From Malacoraja senta (taxonomy: Eukaryota): a stretch of DNA of 64,000 nt. The translations under genes were made by a program, and so were the position numbers. The stretch covers positions 28,336,001-28,400,000 of the forward strand of contig CM075987.1 of assembly GCA_038087875.1 (NCBI GenBank), written 5' to 3'. Within the stretch, counting starts at the first letter, position 1, and each line of letters starts with the position of its first letter. The notes beneath the pieces are model-generated. The model worked only from the letters and a program-made list of their open reading frames with translations, ran no database searches and was not told the DNA's origin. Shown one piece after another: positions 30,801 through 42,100 of this stretch.

Positions 30801-33800
30801 GCCGTGCTGTGAGTGTGTGTGGCTGTGGTGTAAGCGTGAGTGTGCTGTAAGTGTGGCCATGCTGTAAGAGAGTGTCAACTGTGTGGAAGCTCTCGATGCC
30901 AATGCTGCACTTTAACAGGTTTCAGTACCCGCTGCTAGGCGTGCTGTGATTGTGCTCCTGGTGTTGGTTTTACAGGGAGAGACCACGCATCAACTCATCT
31001 ACTCTGGATCTCACCGGCCTGAGGAAGCTGCCTGAGGGAACGTTTGGCAGAGAATACATCCACTTCCTTGATGTCAACGTGAGTTTAATCCGTGTTCACC
31101 AACCACAATCATCCTGGAGCAGCAAGAGTTTGACATTTTAATCCGAGCAGATTCTTGCCTTGCGTGCAAGGTGTATTTGTTGGAGTAAGTGTTGGAGTAA
31201 CTCAGCGGGTCAGGCTTTCCACCTTGAGCAGCAACATTCCTGTGCCATGGACTCCAACAAACCCTGCAATCAGCTGGCAGGAAGCAGAGACCAAAGGGTA
31301 CTGGGTTTGTTGGTGTGTGGGGCAGAGGTCAGAGGTGTGTGGGGCAGAGGGGCAGAGGGTAGGGGTGTGGGGCAGAGGGGCAGAGGGGCAGGCACTAGCC
31401 TAGTCCCACAGCTGTTGCTTAGTGATTGCTGAGAGCTGGAGGCACCTGGTCATCGACATGGACAAGGGAGGTTTGTGCTGCACTGGTTGTGCTTGTACGT
31501 GACTGTACTGGTCGGCTGTACATGTGCATCTTGACCGATACTGACACTTCCCATTGCTGGGCTCTGTGGCAACATTGGATCTTTGACAATCGTCCAGGTC
31601 GGTGTGCATTGGCCATGTGTTTCTTCATTGAAGTAGCCTCTTGTCTTGATCTGTGAACAAAAATATAGTTGGTCCAGCTGGAGTTGTCCCACCTCCAGAA
31701 ATTGTGACCATACCCAGAACCTCAGCGTGTGATGGTGGTGTGGCCAGATGCAGGGATCTGTGTAAAAGGAAATGAAGATGCTGCTTTAAACCAAAGAAAG
31801 ACACAAAAAAATGGAGTAACTCAGCGGGTCAGGCAGTATCTCTGGAGAGAAGGAAGGGGTGACATTTCAGGTTGAGACCCTTCCTCAGACTGAAGAAGGA
31901 TCTCAACCTGAAACGTCACCCATTCCTTCTCTCCAGAAATGCTGCCTGTCCTGCTGAGTTACTCCAGCATTTTGTGTCTATCTTAGGTGCAGGGGTCTCC
32001 TGGATGGTGGCGTGACCAGATGTTGAAGTGACCAGGTGTAGGGGTCTCCTGGGTGTTGGAGTGACCAGGTGTAGGGATCTCCTGGATAAGCGATAGAGGG
32101 GTAGGCATGGGATCATAAACATTGCTCCACCAACAACCCAAAATCTAAGTCACATGATTAAAAAACGATGCATTTCCTTTATAAAACAGAGTTGGTGCAC
32201 AGTTAGAATGTTTTACAATCTAACATGACCCCCTTGTGCTGGATGGTAGGAGGGACAAGGACCAGAGACACAGCAACGTTGGGCAAGGATATCTGTCATG
32301 CAGAGATGAATGTGAGGGTGAGGCTGCTCCCAGGTTGAGAGGAAATTTATGAATTAATTATTTTAATACTATAATTAATTAAAAATTGATTAAGTTTTGA
32401 GGCCGCAAATGCTGTAAGCAAAGGTCTGATATCAGGATCTCGTTCCTGGGGTGAAGCGCAGTGTAGTGCCATGCGGTTCGTGTAATGAGTCCCAGATGCA
32501 GGAACTAGGGGGGATTGTTGAAAACATTGATGGAACAATTACAGGCTGCAGCAAAGGGTGTGTGTCGTGTATCTGTGTGGCCTGTCTTATCAGTGTGTAT
32601 CTGTGTGGCCTGTGTATCTGTATGGCCTGTGTATCAGTGGGGCTTCTGTATCTGTGTGGCCTGTCTATCAGTGCGGCTTCTGTATCTGTGTGGCCTGTGT
32701 ATCTGTGCGGTCTCTGTATTTAAATATGAATGACGCTGCCCAAAGGGTGTGTCACGTGAATTATCCGTGACAAATGTCACTTGGACATGTGGTGATTAGA
32801 GTTTATGTGCGGCATGCTGAGGTGACACGTGCCTGATGAGAGGGCACAGATTGATCGGTCCCTTGTGTCTACAGCGGGTTACTCCTGACAGCCGTATGCC
32901 GGTGAGGTTTGTGGATGAGGAGGAGCTGGCGTATGTGATCCAGCGGTACCGTGAGGTACACGACTTCATGCACACACTGCTGGGAATGCCCACCAACATC
33001 CTTGGTAAGTCCACTCACAGGGCAGTGTATGTATTGGATTGGGGATGGAATGGGTGACCTTCAGGTGAGTTACCTGTGTGCACCTGTCTCCCTCTCCTTG
33101 TGGGTGATCTTCAAGGGAGTGTAGGAAGGAACTGCAGATGCAGGTTTAAACCGAAGATAGACACAAGATGTTGGAGTAATTCAGCGGGACAGGCAGTATC
33201 TCTGGAGAGAAGGATTGGGTGACATTTCGGGTTGAGACCCTTCTTCAGACGGAAGGGTCTCAAGTGAATTACCTGTGTCCCTGTCTCCGTGTGGATAGAT
33301 TAGGTGATGTATTTACCTGTGCATACCTGTCTCCTGTCTAACTCTCCTTGCTATTTGGGAAATACTAGCCTCAGACCTCTGACCCAATGACACATTTCTG
33401 CGAAGGCCCAGGCTTCTGGGTTCCGATGTACTTCAGGCAGTTGGGTTCCCTCACCTCTCTACTTCCTACACCAGACGAATGTGAAGTTAGTTTGGGGGGG
33501 GGGGGGAGAGATCATTCAAGGCTTCAGCCAAAGACGAGTAGAACTCCTTTTAAAGTCTGAGTGTACCAGATGGATATTGACTCCAACAAACACATGTGGT
33601 CCACAGTGGATTAACAAACTGTGAAAGAATATTAATAACCTCTCATCGGGCAGGGTGAATTTCTGGGGGTGATTATTGAAACACAACAGGGCCAGGAGGT
33701 GTGAGAAAGATTCACAGCAGTATTAGCCTTGCAGTGCACAGGAAGTGAAAGTCAGACAAAACAAAGATGGAATGAAGTAGTTACACAAAAATGCTGGAGT

Positions 33801-36800
33801 AACTCAGCGGGTGCAGCAGCATCTATGGAGCGAAGGAAATAGGCAACGTTTCGGGCCGAAACCCTTCTTCAGACTGATAGGGGGTGGGGAGAAGAAAGGA
33901 AAAAAGGCGGAGGAGGAGCCCGAGGGCTAGGGGAGGGGCACTTTTTTCCTTTCTTCTCCCCACCCCCTATCAGTCTGAAGAAGGGTTTCGGCCCCAAACG
34001 TTGCCTATTTCCTTCGCTCCATAGATGCTGCTGCACCCGCTGAGTTTCTCCAGCATTTTTGTGTACCTTCGATTTTCCAGCATCTGCAGTTCCTTCTTTA
34101 ACATGGAAATGAAGTAGAATTGAAACTTGAGGTTAGGCACAGGACAGTAAATATTCCGATAATCCAGGGAAGAACAGGAGCAACGTCATCTTCCCATGTA
34201 GGTCACCAAAGTGAAACTAACAGAATCTACAGCAATGGGAATAGTTGCAGGTGATCTATCGCCAGAGACAGACAAGGTCCGTCCCAACTGATGAGAGTTG
34301 AGGAGGGACTCCATAGCCTTTCTGAGGTTAGTGGACATGGGCAGTGGCTGTAATAATGGACTCGAGTATTGTGGCGCTCAGTAAGGACATGACAACTTCA
34401 GCAACTCTGTGTTGCAGCCTGGAGAAGCCCACGTGAACCCAACTGGAGAGCTGGCTGCCCTTTCACTGGTTGGGTGGAGGCGATGGACAACTGTGAGAGG
34501 ATGAGGTGCAGGGAGCGATGTTGGGGAATGGCTGAGAGAGCTGGCGTTGAGTATCTGTCACATTGCTGCTTTATAGGTCGCCCCATTGCAGGAAGGATGT
34601 GGAGGCTTTGGAGAGGTTTACCAGAATGTTGCTGGGAGTAGAGGGGATGAACTGTAAGACAAGGTTGGACATGGAATGTACTCCTTGGCAGTAAGAGAGC
34701 TGAGAACTTGATCCTCTGGTGGTAATGGGGCAGCAAGATGGGGCAACAAGATAGGGCATGGTAAATCACCTTAGAGCCGACCTATCCCACTTCACAGCGG
34801 CCCAGTGCCCAAAACCCTCCAGCTCAGAGTGTAATCAGTACTCTTACCCAACCTTAGTTTGGGCAATGTAAGAAACATGGCTACATCTGTGGGGTTGCCG
34901 TGTGGTTCATTTGGTTGGGAGGAAGCTGTGGCCAGGTGTGTTGTGGGGGCACTAACACGTGTGTTTCTCCACACTGAACAGGTGAGGTTGCTGTCAAGTG
35001 GTTTGAGGCGGTCCAGACTGGCCTGCCCATGTGTGTTCTGGGAGCGGTGTTCGGTCCACTCCGTGTGTCCACCAGGTAAACATTCCTCTCCCGCATCTGA
35101 TCAAATAGTTCAGATAACAACAGAGCCGCCCATCCCACTGGGATCTCTGGATAGGGAATTACCTGTGAGAATCTTGCCATCGTTTCCCTGAAGATATTCT
35201 GAATGATATGTGCAGATATACATGGTCATTTATAATACGTGCCATTATTCACTGAAATCATATTACAAAGACACGATACCAGTTTTCCTTTATGTATATT
35301 TCTTGAAGAGGGTGACGTCACCTGCTCCTTCTCTCCAGAGATGCTGCCTGTCCCACTGAGTTACTCCATCTTTTTGTGTCTATCTTTGGTTTAAACCAGC
35401 ATCTGCAGTTCCTTCTTACACATTTTTCTGTGAAACATCACTGGTCAGTGTCTATCTTATGTTTCACAGGGATCAGTGTTGGCGCCTCGGCTGTTCGTGA
35501 TTTATATATAAATTACTTGGACTTAAATGTAGACACAAGGAACTGCTGATTTACAAAAATAAACAAAGTGCTGGAGTAACATGTTCTCCACAGATGCTGC
35601 CTGACCCGCTGAGTTACTCCAGCACTCTATGAAACGTCACCTATCCATGTTCTCCACAGATGCTGCCTGACCCGCTGAGTTACTCCAGCACTCTATGAAA
35701 CGTCACCTATCCATTTTCTCCACAGATGCTGCCTGACCCGCCGAGTTACTCCAGCACTGTATGAAACGTCACATAGATACATAGATACATAGAAAATAGG
35801 TGCAGGAGTAGGCCATTCGGCCCTTCGAGCCTGCACCGCCATTCAATATGATCATGGCTGATCATCCAACTCAGTATCCCGTACCTGCCTTCTCTCCATA
35901 CCCCCTGATCCCTTTAGCCACAAGGGCCACATCTAACTCCCTCTTAAATATAGCCAATGAACTGGCGTCAACTACCCTGTGTGGCAGAGAGTTCCAGAGA
36001 TTCACCACTCTCTGTGTGAAAAAGTTTTTCCTCATCTCGGTCTTAAAGGATTTCCCCCTTATCCTTAAGCTGTGACCCCTTGTCCTGGACTTCCCCAACA
36101 TCGGGAACAGTCTTCCTGCATCTAGCCTGTCCAACCCCATAAGAATTTTGTACGTTTCTATAAGATCCCCTCTCAATCTCCTAAATTCTAGCGAGTATAA
36201 GCCAAGTCTATCCAGTCTTTCTTCATATGAAAGTCCTGACATCCCAGGAATCAGTCTGGTGAACCTTCTCTGCACTCCCTCTATGGCTATAATGTCCTTC
36301 CTCAGATTTGGAGACCAAAACTGTACGCAATACTCCAGGTGTGGTCTCACCAAGACCCTGTACAACTGCAGTAGAACCTCCCTGCTCCTATACTCAAATC
36401 CTCTTGCTATGAAGGCCAACATACCATTCGCTTTCTTCACTGCCTGCTGCACCTGCATGCCTACTTTCAATGACTGGTGTACCATGACACCCAGGTCTCG
36501 CTGCACCTCCCCATTTCCTAATCGGCCACCATTTAGATAATAGTCTGCCTTCCCGTTTTTGCCACCAAAGTGGATAACCTCACATTTATCCACATTATAC
36601 TGCATCTGCCAAACATTTGCCCACTCCCCCAGCCTATCCAAGTCACCTTGCAGTCTCCTAGCATCCTCCTCACAGCTAACACTGCCCCCCAGCTTAGTGT
36701 CATCCGCAAACTTGGAGATGTTGCTTTCAATTCCCTCGTCCAGATCATTAATATAAATTGTAAATAGCTGGGGTCCCAGCACTGAGCCTTGCGGTACCCC

Positions 36801-38755
36801 ACTAGTCACTGCCTGCCATTGTGAAAAGGACCCGTTTACTCCTACTCTTTGCTTCCTGTTTGCCAGCCAGTTCTCTATCCACATCAATACTGAACCCCCA
36901 ATACCGTGTGATTTAAGCTTGTATCCTAATCTCTTATGTGGTACCTTGTCGAAAGCCTTCTGAAAGTCCAGATACAACACATCCACTGGTTCTCCCCTAT
37001 CCACTCTACTAGTTACATCCTCGAAAAATTCTATAAGATTCGTCAGACACGATTTACCTTTCGTAAATCCATGCTGACTTTGTCCAATGATTTCACCACT
37101 TTCCAAATGTGCTGCTATCCCATCTTTAATAACTGACTCTAGCAGTTTCCCCACTACCGATGTTAGACTAACTGGTCTGTAATTCCCCGTTTTCTCTCTC
37201 CCTCCCTTCTTAAAAAGTGGGGTTACGTTTGCTACCCTCCAATCCTCAGGAACTACTCCAGAATCTAAAGAATTTTGAAAAATTATCACTAATGCATCCA
37301 CTATTTCTGGAGCTACTTCCTTAAGTACTCTGGGATGCAGCCTATCTGGCGCTGGTGATTTATCGGCCTTTAATCCATTCAATTTACCCAACACCACTTC
37401 CCGACTAACCTGGATTTCACTCAGTTCCTCCATCTCCTTTGACCCGCGGCCCCCTGCTATTTCCGGCAGATTATTTATGTCTTCCTTAGTGAAGACGGAA
37501 CCAAAGTAGTTATTCAATTGGTCCGCCATATCCTTGTTCCCCATGATCAATTCACCTGTTTCTGACTGCAAGGGACCTACATTTGTTTTAACTAATCTCT
37601 TTCTCTTCACATATCTATAAAAACTTTTGCAGTCAGTTTTTATGTTCCCTGCCAGTTTCCTTTCATAATCTATTTTCCCTTTCCTAATTAAGCCCTTTGT
37701 CCTCCTCTGCTGGTCTCTGAATTTCTCCCAGTCACCTATCCATGTTCTCCACAGATGCTGCCTGACCCGCTGAGTTACTCCAGCACTCTATGAAACGTCA
37801 CCTATCCATGTTCTCCACAGATGCTGCCTGACCCGCTGAGTTACTCCAGCACTCTATGAAACGTCACCTATCCATTTTCTCCACAGATGGTGCCTGAGCC
37901 GCTGAATTACTCCAGCACTGTCTTTTTTTAGTGTAAATGTAGGTGGGTTGGTTACTAACTTTACAGACAATGAGGAAGACTGTTAAAGGACACAGCAAGT
38001 TCTGGATTGTTTGCAAAGATGGGCAGAGAAACTGGAGATGGATGTTTGTTCAAGATCCACCACCTCTCTTCCCCAGTCCTGAGGTTCCCCTCTGCAAGGG
38101 GAAATGTATAGTTTGGGGGCAAGATCTTTAACAGCAGGGATGTACAGAGGGATCTTGGGGTCCAAGTCCATAGCTTCCATAAAGTAGAAACACAAGTAGA
38201 TAGATTGGTAAAGACAATGTATGGTATCTTTGCCTTGATCAGTCAGGGCATTGAATATTGGAGTTGGGAAGTCATGTTGTGTGCAATTCTGTTTGTCTCA
38301 TTACAGGAAGATGTGGAGACTTTGGAGACTGTGCAGAAGATATTTACCACGATGCTGCCAGTATTAGAGGGATAGAAGAGGCTGGACAAACTTGGATTGT
38401 TTTGTCTGGTGTTGAAGGCGAAGGGGAGAACATAGAAGTTTATGAAATGATGAGGCAGAGATAGGGTAGACAGTCAAATCTTTTCCCATTTCGCATTACT
38501 ATGACAGCAAGGTCTGAGTACAGGATTCGAGGTAAATGTCTTGCCTGTTCGTGACCCATTCTTATGTCTCCCTGTGGCAGGAATATCCGTGTTTTAACAA
38601 GAGACCTGATCCCATGGGCTGTGCAGTGTGGTCGAGCTGCTCACTGTGTGCTAAACATCTACTACGAGAACCGATGGGACCAGAGCTTAGAGTCACTGCG
38701 GGAGGAGATTGGAATCATCCCCTGCCCTCCTCTTCAATGCCCGACTCGGGCATAA
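24849..38755 (+). CDS. COQ4: Ubiquinone biosynthesis protein COQ4, 7 exons: 24849-24897, 27970-28137, 29741-29837, 30976-31078, 32875-33004, 34982-35075, 38581-38755 (271 aa)
   Basis: [99 protein letters not shown] (HDxxH-x11-E metal motif), [19 protein letters not shown]. All GT-AG; 816 nt in frame. Exon 1 is the least certain. Confidence 0.96.
24915..25597. repeat. GC-rich minisatellite (C-run-GCACAGGTACACGG)n in COQ4 intron 1
   Basis: Visible tandem array; it produces the spurious long ORFs at 24595-25690. Confidence 0.92.
25598..27893 (-). mobile_element. CR1 LINE, 5'-truncated, young subfamily, in COQ4 intron 1
   Basis: ORFs 25793-26926, 26946-27251 and 27498-27959 are consecutive pieces of CR1 ORF2; near-identical to 4606-5860 and 35773-37733. 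Confidence 0.95.
28988..29545 (-). mobile_element. CR1 LINE 3' fragment
   Basis: Reverse complement of the CR1 3' end seen at 63500-63985 and 15494-15777. Confidence 0.8.
29838..30870. repeat. Minisatellite (GTAAGTGTGAGTGTGGCCGTGGT)n starting at the COQ4 exon 3 donor
   Basis: Tandem array of about 1 kb that begins exactly at the GTAAGT donor at 29838. Confidence 0.92.
31760..31985. mobile_element. Penelope-like short repeat as a near-perfect palindrome with hammerhead-like cores on both strands
   Basis: Arms invert around CAGACTG (~31886-31892); + strand reads CTGAAGA-AGGATCTCAACCT-GAAAC-GTC at 31890-31917. Confidence 0.65.
33781..34102. mobile_element. Penelope-like short repeat, inverted pair with a ~14-bp target-site duplication
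   Basis: About 33783-33905 is the reverse complement of about 33942-34066; flanked by ATGGAATGAAGTAG (33767-33780) and ATGGAAATGAAGTAG (34103-34117). Confidence 0.75.
35581..37920. repeat. 66-bp tandem array (35581-35772 and 37731-37920) derived from the Penelope-like repeat, split by a CR1
   Basis: Unit ATGTTCTCCACAGATGCTGCCTGACCCGCTGAGTTACTCCAGCACTCTATGAAACGTCACCTATCC, about three copies on each side of the LINE. Confidence 0.85.
35773..37733 (-). mobile_element. CR1 LINE, 5'-truncated, with an uninterrupted 579-aa ORF2 fragment (35871-37610), in COQ4 intron 6
   Basis: Complete RT domain with [27 protein letters not shown] and FADDTKLGG; (ATACATAG)n tail. Confidence 0.96.
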
Positions 38756-39190
38756 CATGGGTGCTTTGGTAAGAACATTTGTACAATCATTTATAATAAT
38801 GATAGGTTGGGCTGCAGACAGGAGTGGGCCTGGAACGGTCAGTTCCCAGTGTAAGGAGGCAACAGGTCAACTATACTCCGTCTCAGTTACCTCTCCTATG
38901 AAGGCCACTGCAGCACGTTGTGTCTGTACATGCTGGCTACCACAATAACCTCACTGACTTGCTCTCATTCGATTCTCTGGCCTTTGCAGGAATATTTGAT
39001 GCACCCTGCCCTTTGTTCAACCTGCTCACCAATGTCGGGTTTAGAAATACATTATTGATCTAAATCACAAGCTCCACATTTTCTTTCATTATTTTACTGT
39101 TTTCAGTTGTAGAGTTCTATGTTTGAATTATTTCACTGGAAATCTTCCTTAGTGACCATGAGTGGAACTGAAGTCCAGGACTATGTCCGG

Positions 39191-42100
39191 TCAGGGCTCT
39201 GCCTCTGTGGGGATTGGGCATCTCTCTGGGACGGCAGTCCCCGAGAGGGCAGTGTGCCTCCAGCTGTCCTCTCGCAGGGCTGCTGCCACTCGAGGCTGGC
39301 TGCGCTGGACTGCGCTGGAGATTTGCTGCAGTTTCCAGTCTGTTCTGATCAATGCATCGTCCAGGGTGAAAACTCCATCTCGTGTGCGTCGCACACTGGT
39401 ACACACCGCTGATGATTTCAGCTCCAAGCCGATCTCATGGATGATCTTGCGCAGGTACTGCTGGGTCTCGTGGACACACTGGACCTCTGTGGGAAGGAAA
39501 ACAAAGTGAGTGACTGCTGGGCAGAAGATGCCAGGATCACCAGCTGTGCCCATCATCAATAATGGGCCCAATCATCACTGGACCAGTCACACCACACAGC
39601 AACACTGCGACAACCCGTATCTGACCGCAGGGATATCCTGAGGGTTTAGCACCGGACACACTGGCTGACAGTCGCATGGGCTCACGGGGGGATTCACTAC
39701 TACATGTGTAATAACTAATAAAAAAGTGAAGTAAAGGTGGTTGAGAGTATTAGTTTGGATCTGTTCTGAGCACATTATCAGTTTCACTGCACAACAGGTG
39801 ATCAGACATGAGTGTGTCCGTGCACAAGTGATCAGACACGAGTGTGTCACTGCACTACAGGTGATCAGACACTAGTGTGTCAGTGCACTACAGGTGATCA
39901 GACATGAGTGTGTCAGTGCACTACAGGTGATCAGACATGAGTGTGTCAGTGCACTACAGGTGATCAGACATGAGTGTGTCAGTGCACTACAGGTGATCAG
40001 ACACGAGTGTGTCAGTGCACAACAGGTGATCAGACATGAGTGTGTCAGTGCACTACAGGTGATCAGACATGAGTGTCAGTGCACTACAAGTGATCAGACA
40101 CATGTATGTCAGTGCACTACAAGTGATCAGACACGAGTGTGTCAGTGCCTTCACAGCAGCAGAGGCAACATGGACCTTACAGCAAGGGATGGAAATCATC
40201 TTTACTTTACCAACATACCCAGAGTGAAGTTTGGAAGGGAGAACTGGCTGCACCGAATGCCGGTGATGATGGGAGGGGACTTGTGCAGTGGCCGTAACAT
40301 CCCTCGACAGGCAAGCTCATACGCCGCTTGGCTTTTCAAATCAATGCCGGAATACCTAGGGTGGGAGAGTTGACATGGTTAGCCCCACACATCCACCGCC
40401 TGACACACCTGTTCCCCACCCATGGGCTTAGACACACTCTCATACCCATCTATATGCTGAATATGGCTTTGGGACAGACTGTTCCTAAAGACGGTACTAT
40501 AGATGTTCCTTCAGACGCTACAATACCTGTTCCTGACAGACTACAATACCTGTTCCTACAGACTGGACAGTGAGCTTTGAATCGAGTACTGCCTTGCCAG
40601 ATACATACGTGATGAGTGCCTTCTGGTGACTGCCCTGGATCACAGCGATGATGCGTTCCAGTCTGTCCAGGGTGATGTGATCTGCAACAACAGTGCAGTT
40701 TTAGTACAAACATCCCACACCCACTTCCCCAGTGGCCCAGACTGCAGTATTACAGTACAGACGTCCCCACACTTGCACTCACACAGTGCTCGTGGGGCCT
40801 GGGGCAGACTGCAGTGTTACAGTACAACAGTGCTGCACCCTCAGGGGCCCAGCCTGCAGTGTTACAGTGAAGCACCAGGCACACTGATCCCTCACTCAGC
40901 CCCATTGAGCATCGAGGGCAGAAAATACAGCAGGCCGGACAGAATCAAACAGCTAACTAGGAACTGACTCCCAAACCTAATGAGCGTGGGGAGGCACCAA
41001 AACGGTTTTACCACACAGGAGCCACAGAGGCAGAACACTGTCAGCCACAATAACAATGGAGCAGATGTTCTGACGTGGATGAAGTTTAAGGGATACCCAG
41101 AGAGAGGGTGGGGCTCTGGGAGGTGTGAGGGAGGGGTGACTGCTGGCACTGGAGAGCATGGGGGAGCTGGGTGCTGAGTGATTGGGGCAATGAGCTTGGG
41201 GGGGGGGGGGCGGCGGCGCTGGTACTGAGGGGAGGGGGCCTCCTTTCCCATATCGTCCTGCTCCCACCCCATCACCCAATTTCCTACCCTTACCCCCTCC
41301 TGCTTCTTACCCCCCCATCACTTCTATCTGCCTTTACCTCCACTGGGTTACCCCAGCACATTGTGTTGTGGCTCATATAAAACTGGGGCATCTGGTCAAT
41401 GAGTTGTGTCCACCACCCATCACTGTGTGGGACAAGAAACACATCAATGCTGCTGAGAACACTGACCGTAGGTTGTTTTCTCAATCAGCCTGCCCGTGTC
41501 GGAGAAATCCTCTGTTGCTGTTCCGAAGCTTCCGTGTACTGTGTATTCCTGGGAAGCCAAAACGCCGGACATTAACATGAAACAGCGGCCTCAATTACAA
41601 CCTGGACAGAAAGCAGCAACTTTATCCTGCCCTTGGGCAGTGAGTGGGAGGAAGCAACATCTCCAGCTCCTGTTCACTGTCCAGTCAGCTTGGCTGCACC
41701 AAGCTGAACATACATGGAGTTTATTACAGTGAACAGGCCACACTTCATCCTCTCCTCCCCCCACCCCCGAATACTCTGACTGAAGAAGCCTCATGTACTG
41801 AAAGCCTTCTTGACTACCCTATCTCCTGTGACGCCACCATCAGGGAACTGTGTACCTGCACTTCTAGATCCCTCTGCTCTACAACCCTCCCCAGGGCCTT
41901 GCCATTCACTGTGTAGGACAGTCCTGCTGTCCTAAAATGCAACACCTCGCACTTCTCTGCATTAAACTTCCATTTATCAGCCCGCCTCCCCAGCTGATCA
42001 AGATCCTGTTGTAATTTTTGACAACCATCTTCACTATCTACGATACCACCCACTTTAGAGTCATCTACAAACTTACTCATCATGCGTTCTACATTCTCAT

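Noticed and set aside
29691..30902. 403-aa His/Thr-rich ORF
   Set aside because: Antisense reading of the GT-rich minisatellite; no protein features.
39785..40147. 33-bp repeats (and 28-bp palindromic repeats at 55665-56122) resembling CRISPR repeats
   Set aside because: Units are directly adjacent with no unique spacers, there are no cas genes, and the context is vertebrate.
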